DNA of 64,000 bases, taken from Octopus vulgaris. Lineage: Eukaryota. Shown here piece by piece: positions 36,526 to 49,478 of the stretch. Where the stretch lies: positions 66,526,001 to 66,590,000 of the forward strand of contig OX597824.1 of assembly GCA_951406725.2 (NCBI GenBank), written 5' to 3'. Every line of letters begins with the position of its first letter. Position 1 is the stretch's first letter. The notes below the pieces were generated by a model that ran no database searches, was not told the origin of the DNA, and saw only the letters and a program-made list of their open reading frames with translations. The translations under genes and the position numbers were made by a program.

Positions 36526-36707
36526 GTCATGAACCTGGTGCTGACCTTGGACCATTAATTTCTCCTGAATCAAAGAATCGTGTCTGTGATCTTATCGAAT
36601 CTGGTGCCAAAGAGGGTGCTGATGTTCTGCTAGATGGCCGAAATATCACAGTCCCTGGATATGAAAAGGGAAACTTTGTGGGGCCCTCTGTCATTCATAA
36701 TGTTACG
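36526..36707 (+). CDS. ALDH6A1: ALDH6A1 exon 12 (GHEPGADLGPLISP...GNFVGPSVIHNVT)
   Basis: Phase 1/0, conserved sequence. Confidence 0.97.
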
Positions 36708-37069
36708 GTATGAATATTTCTAATGCTTTACAAACGTACATAATCTAACAAAACAAAGAAGAATTCGTTTTTGTTTCCACCTTCCCACCTTCTTGTTTTG
36801 TTATACAATAACTCTGCAAATAATATTTTGATAATTCTCAATTTTAATGTATTTTGACTGACATACAACAGCAACTGAGACCACATATTGGATTGTAATA
36901 ATGGAATAAGCAAATGTGCTTCAAGAGGAAACAGCTGGGATTTATTTTAACTACTTTTATTTTGTATATATATATATATATATATATAGATAGATAGATA
37001 GGGTGCAGTGAATATATTGTCATCTGAGTTATGCAAAAATGAAAATAATACTGACATTTCATTTTCATA

Positions 37070-37455
37070 ATCATCATCATCGTTTGACGTCTGTTTTCCA
37101 TGCTGGCATGGGTTGGATGGTTTGACTGAGGTCTGGCGAGCCAGCGGCTGCACCAGGTTCCAGTCTGATCTGGCAATGTTTCTACTGCTGGATGCCCTTC
37201 CTAATGCCAACCACTCCAAGAGTGTAGTGGGTGCTTTTCACATGTCACCGGCACAGAAGTCAGTCAAGCGGGCCTGGCATCGATCACGTTCGGATAGTGT
37301 TTTTTATATGCCACCAGCACGGGCCAGTGAGAGGGTACTGGCATCGGCCACATTTGGTTGGTGCTTTTTATGTGCCACTGGCATTGGAGCCAGTCAGGGG
37401 GCACTGGCCATAGATACGTTATTGGTTTTACTTGACTCAACAGGTCTTCCCAAGC
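37070..37455 (-). mobile_element. RTE 3' UTR with diverged ~60-bp repeats
   Basis: Same end and repeat motif as 51530-52025. Confidence 0.75.
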
Positions 37456-37559
37456 ATATATTGCATGACGCATCAGGGGTACTCTTAACTGGGATAGACA
37501 TGTGTGGCTGTGATCTCACTTCAGTTTAACAGATATATTTACCCAAATTACATAAAAAT

Positions 37560-38282
37560 ATCCTGAAATATTAAAAAGTAAATTTATACAATAAAATCAC
37601 CATTGTCTTCAACCACAGCCTCCAGACGACTTCAGAATCTTCTGAAACTTGTCTGGACAGTCTCCTTGTTTTAGTTGGTGAATGCTGCCATAATCCTTGC
37701 CTTCAGTTCATCTTTGGTGTTACAAGGAGTTTTGTTGGTCTCTTACTCAACTGTGCCCCACACATAATCAAGAGGGTTGCAGTCTGTGAAGTTAGGTGGC
37801 CAGATTTTGGGGAAATTGTCTCACAGCCATGATTGTGTTCTCCGAAGGTTTGAAAGAAATGAAGCTGGTGTGCTTTGTTGGATGTGCAGTGTCAGTATGG
37901 TGCAGAGTCCTTTTGCCAGACATAGAGCTTTCCAGCAGCCACTCTCTTGATCAAGGGCAGCACTACCTCATCTAGGCACTTGATGTAGGCCTCTGTATTG
38001 AGTCTGAGGCCATTCTTTGAAGATGAATGGAGACATAATGTCGCCATCACTAGTGATCACTCCAGACACCATGATGTTGACTGGGTGTTTGATTTTTATC
38101 ATTCTTGGTACATGTTTTGATTCCATGGCAAGCCAACTGTTTTTCTGTGTGCTCAGCATCTTTTAGCATTGGAGCTTCTAGTATGAATGCCAAGCAATAC
38201 AGCATATTGTTTCCAAATTTCTAGCAGAGTGAATTGTGTGAAGGTGCTGTTTTTCTCACAAACAGTCCTCAACTGACCCTAT
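37560..38282 (-). mobile_element. Tc1/mariner-superfamily transposase relic (maT-like)
   Basis: KHPVNIMVSGVITSDG...DSAPY...WPPNFTDCNPLD...SRLEAVVEDNGDFI. Confidence 0.75.
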
Positions 38283-38528
38283 ATACTGTTTTTGACAAAA
38301 ACAAACAATGCATGTGTGAAATTATATAAGATGTTAGCAATTTTCTTTATATACACACACACACATATACATACACATATATGTATATGTATTTATCCTC
38401 ATCATTATTGTCTTTGCAAAGATGATGATATACAAACAGTAATATGTCTTATGCTATTTGTTGATTCCATCTTGATATAGTTTATTAATTTTCTTTCTTT
38501 CTCTCTTTATTTCTCTTATTTCTAAAAG

Positions 38529-38708
38529 CCTGATATGAAATGCTACAAGGAGGAAATCTTTGGTCCAGTTTTATGTTCCTTAAGTGTTGATACCCTTGAT
38601 GAAGCTATAGAATTCATTAACAATAATCCTTACGGCAATGGAACAGCTATATTCACCACTAATGGTGCTACGGCACGCAAATATGTAAATGAAATTGATG
38701 TTGGACAG
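38529..38708 (+). CDS. ALDH6A1: ALDH6A1 exon 13 ([15 protein letters not shown]...[11 protein letters not shown]...IDVGQ)
   Basis: EEIFGP motif. AAG acceptor after a long pyrimidine tract. Phase 0/0. Confidence 0.97.
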
Positions 38709-39049
38709 GTGAGGTTGATCTATATCTTTTTTTAATTTTGGTAAATCTTTGATGTTTTTTTTAAAATATTTTTATTTATGTTGTCAAGCAAATGTATTGA
38801 CCTTGTTTCACTCATTGGATTGTGGCCATACTCTGGCACAGCCTCGAAGGGTTTTAGTTGAACAAATCAATTGCAGTACTTCTTTTTTTTTTCTATGCCT
38901 GGTACTTATGCTATCAATCTCTTATGCCAAACCACTATTTTACAGGGACATTAAACAAGCCAACACCAGTTGTCAGACCAAGGGGTGATGGGATAAACAA
39001 AAAGACTGACACAGATATATGCATAGATGTGTGTGTGTGTGTGTGTGTG

Positions 39050-41000
39050 AGAGAGACTTGGAAGTGCCACTGCAAATGGCTGCTCAATGTAGAGAACTCA
39101 TGGAAGAAGGAGGGTGTGCCTAATGAGGATCCAACGGAGGGACCAGCTATCCACATAGACTGTAGGTTGGTAGATAAAGCTATGAAGGATATGAAGATGG
39201 GGGGGAAAAACCTCGGCCATCAGGAACCACCGTCGAGATGCTTAAAATATCTGGTGATGTGGGTTATGGTCTGGTCACTTGTACAGTCAATCAGGTTGTA
39301 CATGAGGGAGTCCTCCCCAATGACTTGTGTAGCAGCACCATAGTCAACTGCAACAAAAGTAAAGGTGATGCCTGAAACAGAAATAATTACAGAGGTATCA
39401 AATTGTTGAATCAGGTAATGATAGTTACAGAGAGGATCATAATCCAACTAATTAGAGTTAGTCTAGATGAGATGCAGTTTGGTTTTGTGCTGGAGAGAAG
39501 CACCACTGATGCTATATTCCTCGTAAGGCAGCTGCAAGAGAATTACCTAGCCAAAAACAAATCTCTAATTGGCTTTTGTTGACATGAAGGAAGCCTTTGA
39601 CAGGGTCCTCCACTCATCTCGTGGTCAATGCAGAAACTAGGGATAGATGAGTGGTTGGTGAGAGCTGTACAAGCCATGTACAGGGATGCTGTCAGTAAGG
39701 TGAGGGTTGGCAACAGGTATAGTGAAGAATTCCTGGTAGGGGTCCACCAAGGATAAGTCCTGAGCCCCATCTTGTTCATCATAGTTGTCCAGCCAATAAA
39801 AGAGGAATTTAAGTCTGGCTGCCCCTGGGAGCTCTTCTATGCTGATGGCCTTATTCTTATAGTTGAATCACTACCAGAACTAGAGAAGAAATTTCAGGTA
39901 TGGGAGCAAAGTCTTGAATTGAAGGGCCTTTCAGTTCATTATCGTTTAACGTCTGTTTTCCATGCTGTCATGAGTTAATTTAGCAAAATCCAAAATCTTA
40001 GTAAGAAAGCAGACAAATCACAAAATCCCTTCAGGTAGATGGCCCTACTTGATATGTAGAAAAGGCATTGGTAGAAACTCCATAAGATGTACCTGGTGCA
40101 GCAATATTGGAGGAAGGTTTACAGAGAAAATAGTCTTTGTGCATGGCAGATGTACAGGTACAATAAACACTAGAAATGTGCAGAAAATAGACTCTATCAA
40201 ATGTCAGTAGGGATATCTGATAGCTTCCATTATCTAGGTGACTAGGTCAGCTGTAGAGATAGATGCTCCAAGAGCATAGCTGCTATGATAAAAATAGGCT
40301 GTGCAAAGTTCAGAGAGCTTCTACCTTTGTTGGTAACAAAGGGTCTCTTCTGCAGAGTGAAAGGCAGGTTGAATGATGCATGTGTGCAAATGGCCATGCT
40401 ACACAGCAGTGAAACATGGGCTATGACTGCAGAGGACATGCAAAGGTTTGAAAGAAATGAAGCTGGTGTGCTTCACTGGATGTGCAGTGTCAGTGTGCAT
40501 GTATGACAGTGTGAGCATCTTGAGAGAAAAATTGTGCATAAAAGGTATCAGATATGTTGTGCAAGAGACGACTGTACTGGTATGATCATGTGATGCATAT
40601 GGACGAGGATGGCTGTGTGAAGAAGTGCTGATCTTTGTGGAAGGGGTAGACCCAGGAAGACCTGAGATGAGGTGGTGATGCATGATCTTCAAATGCTGGG
40701 CCTCATGGAGGTAATGACAAATGACCGAGACCTTTTGGCAATTAGCAATGCTTGAGAAGACTCAAATGAAATTGTAGTTGACATGAAGAAGCACCTGTGC
40801 TGGTGACCTGAGAAAGCACCCATGCCAGCAACAAGTTAAAGGCACCCACTACACTCTTGGAGTGGTTAGTGTTAGGAAGGGCATCCAGCTGTAGAAACCC
40901 AACCAAAATCACTGGTACCCAGTACTGCTCCCCAGCTTACCAGTTCCAGTTATACTATCTAACCCATGCTAGCATGGAAAGTGGACGCTAAATGATTATA
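39050..41000 (+). mobile_element. Decayed RTE LINE (reverse transcriptase through 3' end)
   Basis: EMQFGF...STTDAIFLVRQLQE...AFDRV...GVHQG*VLSP...ELFYADGL...MLHSSETW. Stops and frameshifts throughout. Confidence 0.9.
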
Positions 41001-41558
41001 TATATATATGATGGGCTTTTTTCAGTTTTTGTCAACCAATCACTCACAAGATTTGTGCTAGCCCAGTGCTATAGCAGAAGACACTTGCCCAAGGTATTAG
41101 TGGGACTGAACCCTAAACACATGACTGGGAAGCAAGCTTCCTAACCACACAATCATGCCTCATCATCATTGTTTAATGTCCTCTTTCCATGCTGGCATGG
41201 ATTGGACAGTTTGACAGGAGTTGGCCAGGCAGGAACCTGCACCATGCTTCTGTGTCTGTTTTGGTATGGTTTTTACTGCTGGATGCCCTTCCTAACATCA
41301 ACCACTCTGCAGAGTGGGCTGAGTGCTTTTTATGTGATACTTGCATAAGCAGTCAGTTTTGGCATGGTTTTTACAGCTGGATGCCCTTGCAGATGTCAAC
41401 CACGTCACAATGTGGACTCGGTGCATTTTTAAGTAGCACCTGCACTTGCAGGGTCACCAATTAACTTTGCAAGACAAGGAATCTTTGAGAGGGGAAGGGG
41501 CATAGGAGGAGGTCAGATTGACATATCATATATATATAAAAATTTATATCTTTTTCAG

Positions 41559-41657
41559 GTTGGTGTCAATGTTCCTATACCTGTTCCTTTACCAATGTTT
41601 TCCTTTACGGGATCACGAGGCTCATTCAAGGGTGACACTCATTTCTATGGACGACAG
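41559..41657 (+). CDS. ALDH6A1: ALDH6A1 exon 14 ([33 protein letters not shown])
   Basis: MMSDH-specific NVPIPVP motif. Phase 0/0. Confidence 0.98.
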
Positions 41658-42729
41658 GTAAGCAAATTTTTGATGGAGGCTTAATGGAGCATTATTTGTC
41701 CCCCCCACCCCATTACCATTATTTTCATTGGATTGTAGAGAGGTGGACAAAAGTCCTTGTGCTATTTAGTTACTACATTTTCTGGCATACAAATCAAATT
41801 CTTCAGACCAAAATTTACAGCCAAAGAAGGTAGGTCACGTTATACACCAAGATGTGTTTGAAGGACCAAAAATTCCATGTGAAATGCAGGAGCTATGGTT
41901 GACTTTGCCTTTCATCCTTCCAGGGGTCAATGAAATAATTGATTAGTACTGAAGGTGACACTTGTTTACAACTATCACATGATGTCAAGGCAAGGAGAAA
42001 GTAACACATACACACACACAAGCCTAAAAGCACCTTGTGCACTCTGCTTTTTAGTTGGCATTAGGAACAGTATCCAATTGTAGAAAGCATGCCAACAGAT
42101 ATTAGAATTTGGTGCAGCCCTCTAGCTTGTCTATTCATGTTGAACTGTTCAACTTATGCCAGCATAGAAAAAGGGTCATTAATGATGATGATAATATTTA
42201 TCATCATACATACACACACATGATAGGTGTCTGTCTACTGAATCCATTACACAAAGCTTTGTTTGGTCCAAGGTAACAAAATAAAAGACACTTACCTAAG
42301 ATGCCATACAGTGGGACTGAACCCTGAACCATGTGAGTGGAAAGTAAACTTCTTACCACACAGCCATTCCAGTACCTATGCAAGCTACACCTAAAGTATA
42401 ATATATTCATAAAATGAAATCTTTGGGTGATTTTAATGAACAAGTATTCCAGTTGTTTAATTAACTCTGCTACTTATCCATTATATTTTGGTGTAAATGG
42501 CTGTGTATTCCACAGACACCTGTACTCCTAACTTAATCCCTGGGCAGAATCATCCTGAGAGTGTGAGAGATAATAGTTATCTCTGAATTACAGTTTCTGT
42601 CTGTTTAATTCCCTTTGTAATACTTGGGTTCGAAAAGCTATGGTGGAAATAACTTGTCCAAAATGTTGCACTGAGACAGAACCCAGAATCTTATTACAAA
42701 TCGAAATTCTTTACCACATGGCTTTGAAC

Positions 42730-43025
42730 TTTCTCGCTCGCTCGCTCTCTCCCTCCCTCCCCTCTCTCTGTCTCTCTCATTCCCCTCTCTCTGTCTCCCT
42801 CATTCCCTTCTCTCTGTCTCCCTCCTTCCCCTCTCTCCCTCCTCCTTCCTCCCTCGCTCTCCCTCCCCCTCTTTGTCTCTCTTCCCTTTTCCTCTCTCCT
42901 CGCCTCTCCATCTCCACCTCTATCCCTCTCTCTTCCTCCCTCTCTGTCTCCCCTACCCCTCTCTATGTATCTCTCACCCTTTCTCTCTCCCTCCCTCTCT
43001 GTATCTCTCTCTCTCCCCCATCTCT
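42730..43025. repeat. ~300-bp polypyrimidine (CT-rich) tract upstream of the last exon
   Basis: Nearly pure C/T sequence. Confidence 0.9.
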
Positions 43026-43080
43026 ATTACATGAACACGCATATATATTAACTATCTTTGTCTTTCTCTTTTTATTACAG

Positions 43081-43182
43081 GGCATGCAATTCTATACACA
43101 AGTGAAAACCATTACACAAATGTGGCGGGAAGATGATGCCACTGGAGGCAAAGCCACTGTTGCAATGCCTGTTATGAGATAG
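43081..43182 (+). CDS. ALDH6A1: ALDH6A1 exon 15 (GMQFYTQVKTITQMWREDDATGGKATVAMPVMR*)
   Basis: tacag acceptor and TAG stop. The spliced CDS totals 1587 nt, or 528 aa. Confidence 0.97.
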   Translation, partial: GMQFYTQVKTITQMWREDDATGGKATVAMPVMR

Positions 43183-43294
43183 ATGTGACATTATACCTTG
43201 TCTTGCAGAAATTTTATTTTTTTTGGGCTGGGTGGGGAAGAGATTTCAAGACTGCACCCATTATTATTTTATAATTACTATTATTATTATTATT

Positions 43295-43870
43295 AAGGTG
43301 GCATTCTGGCAAAATCGTTATTGTGCTTAGCAGCATTTTGTTTGTCTTTACGTTCTGAGTTCAAATGCTGCTGCGGTCGACTTTGCCTTTCATCCTTACT
43401 GGGCTCAAAGTAATTGCTTAAATATACCCTCTCACTTAAAATTGGTGGCTTTGAGCCAAAATTTGAAAGCATTATTATTATTTTTATTATTATAAAGGGT
43501 GATGGCTAGAATACCTTGCAGTATCTGATCATGTCTCTCTACAGTTTGAGTTCATATACAGCCATGGTTGACTTTACCTTCTTTCCTTCTATTGGTGGGT
43601 GGGGGGATTGATAAGATATACATACTGGGATTGAGGTGACTGTTTATTTTCTCTTCAAAATTTGTAAATTTGTGCCCCAAATCAGGAGGTATTATTATTA
43701 TTAGAAGGAGATACCTTGCCATATCTAGCTATGGTCATTTATGTTCCAAGTTCAAATTACACTTGTGTTAGCTTTACTTTCCATCCTTCTGGGGATGGAA
43801 AGGGAAGTTCTCATCAAGTAACTGATTATATTTCTCCTGTAAATTTAAGATCCTGCATTTATATTAGAAA
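43295..43870 (+). mobile_element. Three tandem SINE family A copies just after the ALDH6A1 stop
   Basis: Three 'gttcaaat...gactttrcct..catcct' cores separated by (ATT)n. Confidence 0.65.
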
Positions 43871-44244
43871 TTATTATTTATTGTAAATGAAAAGAAATAT
43901 CAACTTCCCATCTCACCATGACCCTCAATCTGTGCAAACTTGTTACTCTTTCCACAAATAGATTTGATAACTCATTCCTTTTATTTTTGTCTTTTAATTT
44001 TATTGTTCACTTTATGGCAGCCAAAATAAAATATGAAAAAATACTCTCCCTGAAATGGTTAAAATCATTGATAAAAATTGGTAAAAATAAAGACACTGTT
44101 TGATATATTACTGTGTAAGTCTTTTTCTTTTTTTTCCTTTCTTATATCTTGTTTCTAAGTGTTCTGTTGTTTTCGGCCTTTTGCTGCTTTCACATTAACA
44201 CAGGAATACTTATAAAAGAATGATGTTCAGTCTAAAACAGCATG

Positions 44245-44575
44245 GTACAGACGTGGCTGTGTGGTTAGAGGTTTGCTTTCCAAACTTATGGTTTTGGGTT
44301 CAGTCTCACTGTGATGGGCTGGCTAAAGCCTTGTGAGTGGATTTTGTAAACAGAAATTAAAAAGAAGCTCGTTTGTGTCTCCCTCTCCCTCCATCACTAG
44401 ATAACCAATGTTACATTAAGTCCCTCTGACTTAGCAGTTCAGCTTTAGAGATGGATAGAATAAGTACCAGGCTTAAAAAAAAATATAAGTACTGAGGTTG
44501 ATTCATTCAATCAAAACTCCTCCAAGGTGGTGCCTCAGCATGGCTGCAGTCCAATGACTGAAACAAGTAAAAGGT
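44245..44575 (+). mobile_element. SINE family B
   Basis: Head, core and aatgactgaaacaagtaaaa end. Confidence 0.75.
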
Positions 44576-45459
44576 TGCAGACATTTTGTCACTGTTTATC
44601 CAAAAGTTATTAGAATGTTATGTATGGTACACTCTACATTTTGGAGCTTAATAACAAAAGTATTATCAAATAGCTTAGATACCTTTCACATGTTGGCATA
44701 TGGAAGACTTGGCAATATCATGATGTAGTACAGAGAATAGCGAAAGACTAAAAGTAGTTTTATTAAATAAATTCAAAAAGAGATAACTAAAATATTTATG
44801 AAGATTTAATTAAAAAATAAATTGTTTACAGAAACTGAATATTGGAGGCAAAATGAATGAGAAAAGAAGAAAAAGAAAATCAAGAGCTACATGGATAAAT
44901 AAAAAAAAAAGGATAAAGATCTTTTTCAAGTCATAAAGACTCATAGAGCCTGTTTCCATGGCATATATATTTCTTATTTGGACAGGATGCTGGTCCTTGT
45001 CAGCTGAAATGAAGTATTTTACTCAAAAACACAATACACCGCTTGGTCCAGGAATTGAAACCACAATCTTATCATGAGTTATCTGGAATGACACACACTG
45101 GTGTCTCAGGGACAAAAAAAAAAAATAAATAAAATAAAGGGCACATTAGGTAATCCTGGCTGCACTATGTTTGAATATAAGACTGGATAATTATGGCTAA
45201 AATACCTTTTGATCAGCACTGATATTGAGGCTAAACAGCAGTAGTAACAGTTAATCAATACTAGTGGCTATCATAATTGTCAGTTAAACAGTGCAGACAC
45301 AAAAGTAAGATATTGATAGATTTAGGTTCCAGCTGTAGAAAGATTTAGAAATGAGTCAGCAAACTAGACATTAAATTCCTTTATTCTTCTACTGATTTCA
45401 GTCATTACACAGCCTGTTGTAGTGTCAACATGACACAATCACACACACGTATGTGTGTA

Positions 45460-45571
<112 letters not shown>

Positions 45572-45575
45572 TGTG

Positions 45576-45609
<34 letters not shown>

Positions 45610-45996
45610 TGTATGTGTATGCACACAGAGGTGTGGCTGTGAGGTTAAGAAATTTGCTTCCCAACCATATGGTTTCAAGTTCAGTCCTGCTGTGTGGGAC
45701 CTCGAGCAAGTGCTTTCTAAAATAGTCCTGGACTGCTCAAGGTCCAGTGAAAAACTGTCTGGCCATGGCAAAATACTAACAAATCTGCTTACAAGGCTTT
45801 GGTTGGCTTGGGGCTATAGTAGGAGACACTCAAGGTGTCATGCACTGGGACTGAACCCAAGATCACATGTTTGGGAAACAAGTTTCTTAACCACTCAGCC
45901 ACACCTGTGCTTGAGCAATATTATAAGCATCTTATATGAGCATAATACTTCACTGTGAAGTGAAGCTATAATTCTCTGAAGTGACTCTTTTTGAGT

Positions 45997-48650
45997 GACA
46001 TTTTGAGCCTACGCTCTTCCACAGAAAGAAACAAGGAGAGAAAATAAAGAATGTGTAGTGGCTGGCGATCTATCATGACAAATGTCGGACAGAGGGATCA
46101 CACAGGAGAGCTAGGAAGAAGGGGGAGATAATAAAGAAGTGGTGATCCCAAAATGAAGGTGCACGTGCATGTGTATAAGAGATCATGTATGTGCATGTGG
46201 AAGAGGGCTGGTGACCTTGACGTGTGTGGATGTGGGGCAGGGAAGTGGTCAGTACTAGTGTGTGCATGATGATGTGATGTGTTGTGTGGTATGGTGGTGT
46301 TGGAATGTGGGGAAAGCAAGGGTGGGGTGTGGGTTAGGCTGAGGGTGGGTGGGATATGTGGGAGTGGGTATAAGGGATGAGATGGTTAGGGAAGGTGGGG
46401 TTACGAGGGAGGGGTGATGATGAAGGGAGTGGGAGAAGGTGGGTAGGAGTGAAGAGACGAAGTTGGAGTCGGAGCAAGAGAGGAGAGGTGGGTGGGAAGA
46501 AGTAGGTGTGATAGGGAGAGAAGAGAGGGGAGGAGAGTTGAGCCCATGTGACGCAAAGGAGCTAAGAGAGAAGATTAGTCCCTGTTCACAGTGCAAACGG
46601 GAGTCAGGATGGTCCCTGTGCAAGGACAATCCAAACACAGACAGGTGTTGCAAAGAGTGACCAGTAGAGCGGAAATGGTGTGAGTCAGATGTCTTGGAGG
46701 TGTACCACAAACTGGTCAGCCAAGAGGCATCCCATGTGCCTGATGTATATAGAGAAGGGCAGAACGAGCAGGATATGCAGCAGATGACATCGGTAGAAGT
46801 GCAGGCTAAGGAGTCCATGATATGATAGGGTTGATGATGGATGCCAGTGAGGAGGATGGTGTTGGAGAGGTAAGGGCAAGTGTGGCAGCGTGGGCAGGAG
46901 CAGGGGAACGAGCCGGGTTGGGTTAGGGAAGAAGCTGTGGATCAAGAGGTCTTGTAGGTTGTGGGCTTGTTTGAAGGAGGGGAGGGGTCGGTTAGGGAAG
47001 ATGTGCTAAGTGAAGGGGTCAAACTGGAGTTGCCAGAAGGCTTGGAGAAGGGTACGTTGGAGAGGTGGGGTGGTAGGTGAGGGGAATGGGAGATGTTGGG
47101 GTGGGTATGGGGGAGAGAGCAGATGCACGGTCCACGGAACGTGCTCTGGCAAGGGTAGTGTGGATAGTGATGAGGGGATATCCACGTAGGATGAAGTGGC
47201 AAGCCATGAGTTGAGACTGAGTCTCAGAGTCATGGTTGTCACTACAGGGCCTGCGTAGACGGAGGAATAGGGGATGGAAAGCTTGGTGTGTTTAGGGTGA
47301 GAGGAGGAGAAGTTGAGGTATGAGTCTGAGTCTGTGTGTTTGTAGTGGATGAAGGTGGTGAGAGTGGAGTGATGAATGCTGACTGACATGTCAAGAAAGG
47401 AGACAGAGGTGTCAGAGATAGTTCAGGAGAATTGGAGGGCAGGATGGAAAAATTTGACAAAAGAGAGGAAGGAGTCCAGATGTTCATGGGAGGGTGAGGT
47501 CGCACAGTCGTCAATATAATGGCTGTATAGTTCGGGAGTGGGACCAGTAAAACTTGAGAATATTTGGGCCTCAAACAGCCAACAAATAGGTTCACACAGT
47601 TGGGGCCCATTCTTGTTCCCATGGCCACTCCCAAGTTCTGCTGGTAAAAATCACCAGTGAATGAGAAGCAGTTGAGTGAGAGGACAAGTTCGGGCAGATG
47701 AACAAGTGTGGATGTGTCAGGTTGGGGGTTGGGTTGAAGGCCAAGGAAATGTTGGCGTGCACGCAGTCCCTCGTAGTGAGGGATCACCGTGTAAAGGCTC
47801 TGGATATCGAGGGTAAAGAGAAGTTTAGAGGAGCCAAGAGGGAAGGAGAAAGAGTTGAACAAACGAAGTGCATGGTAGGTATCATGGATGTGAGAGGTGA
47901 GGGAGGCCATTAGGGGAGAAAGGACATGGTCAAGATATCTGGAGATGAGTTCGGTGGGGCAGTTGCAGGCGGAGACAATGGGGCGGCCAGGGTTGTTAGG
48001 TTTGTGGATTTGGGGGAGGAAGTAAATTGTGGGGGTGGGGGAGTGTGGACAATGAGGTTGGAGGCAGTGGTGGGGGAGATGGGAGGAGGAGATGAGGTCA
48101 TGGATAGTGGAAGACAATCTGTTGGTAGCTGGGCATGGGGTCAGAGGGCAGAGGGTAGTAGAAGGAGGTGTCTTGAAGTTGGCAGAGAGCTTCCACCTTG
48201 TAGAGGTCCTTGCATCACACTACCACGCCTCCACCCTTGTTGGCCGGTTTTATGATGATGTCAGTGCAGTGTCAGAGACGTTGAAGGGCCAAGAGTTCGG
48301 CTGAGGAGATGTTCAGATGACGGGGACACCTGGAAAAGTTAAACTGGTCCACAGCGTGCTGGCAGGTACCCGCAAAAAGATCGGCTGCTTGGAACTGGTC
48401 AGGAGCTGGGATCCACTGGGATGGTTGGTGGCCCAGGTAGGTGAAGCAGTCCTCCTCATTAGATGCAGGGGGAGTGTCATGGAAAAGTGCACACAACCTA
48501 ACATGATGCACAAAGCTGTGGATATTTGCACGAGTCCAAAATTCGTTGCTGGATGGAGTGAGGGGGATGAAGTGCAGACCCCTACTGAGGAGGGAGTGCT
48601 CCACCTCAGAGAGGGGAAGATCTGGAGGAATGGTAACAACAGACTGAAGT
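45997..48650 (-). mobile_element. Penelope-like element (RT + GIY-YIG), frameshifted
   Basis: YFLPQIHKPNNPGRPIVS, LDIQSLYTVIP, GVAMGTRMGP and YIDD, then CTSTDVICCISCSFCPSLY and HFRSTGHS. The 3' end has a decayed hammerhead at 45997-46027. Confidence 0.92.
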
Positions 48651-48672
48651 GGAGAAGGGGTATATTTATAAG

Positions 48673-48756
48673 GAGTTACGTCTCTGTCCAGTCATAGAGT
48701 GACTGATGGTTTTGCATCCACAAAGGGCTTAGCCCCATGAATGTCTCGTCAGACTC
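48673..48756 (-). ncRNA. Hammerhead-like motif with G12A decay
   Basis: GAGU-CUGACGA-long helix II-(A)AAAC-[hairpin UCAGUCA/UGACUGG]-GUA^-ACUC. Confidence 0.55.
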
Positions 48757-49120
48757 TAAAGCTGAAGACAAATGTGACTCTTCACCTTTTGGAGGCAAAA
48801 AGTCACTAAAAAATAAATAGTCCAAGGTCATATCCCTTAGACCAATTTTTGTGAGCCAAAAGAGGGAGAACGGGGGATTGTCCCATTTGGTTGCTTTTAA
48901 ATCATAAGAACTCTTCTTGGTCTAATCAGAGAATGAGGAATCCCATGCTTACAACAGGTAGTATTTGAAATGGATGCAAGGATTGTAAATTTCCTGGTGA
49001 GTGTTCAGTGATCCAGGTTTCAAGAAGTCTTTGAGGATCTTTGCTTGTTTGGCTATGCAAAGTTTGCAACATTTGCTCCCGTTAATGTAGGGTGCTGGCC
49101 GCTCAGTGATTTTCCATATA
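48673..49120 (-). mobile_element. Second-type PLE 3' remnant, homologous to 29440-30050
   Basis: IWKITERPAPYINGSKCCKLCIAKQAKILKDFLKPGSLN...PCIHFKYYLL* aligns with the 29.6-kb peptide. Confidence 0.8.
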
Positions 49121-49441
49121 TATATATATTATGTGTGTGTGAGTTTACCTTTCACTGAAGATGTAAAATGAAGAAATATCAATACTTTCAAATAAAAATA
49201 TTGTGTAATATTTGTTCTGCTAATATCACATATACACCTGTCTCTCTTGGTGGTAGAAATGCAATGAATCAGTGACCAGTCCATTGGAAATCTGAGACCA
49301 GTGATTGTCTATAGATTAGACACAGAAGGGTACATGGAGGGGCATATAACCTGTGCAATTTCCATCCCACCTGACTGGTGACTAATGTAGTTTCAATATC
49401 TGGAAAGTATGGTTCTGGGTGTGCTAGATACATGCCACTGT

Positions 49442-49478
<37 letters not shown>

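Noticed and set aside
42640-43080. N-terminal part of the 180-aa ORF
   Set aside because: It is an intronic CT tract. Only 43081-43182 is coding.
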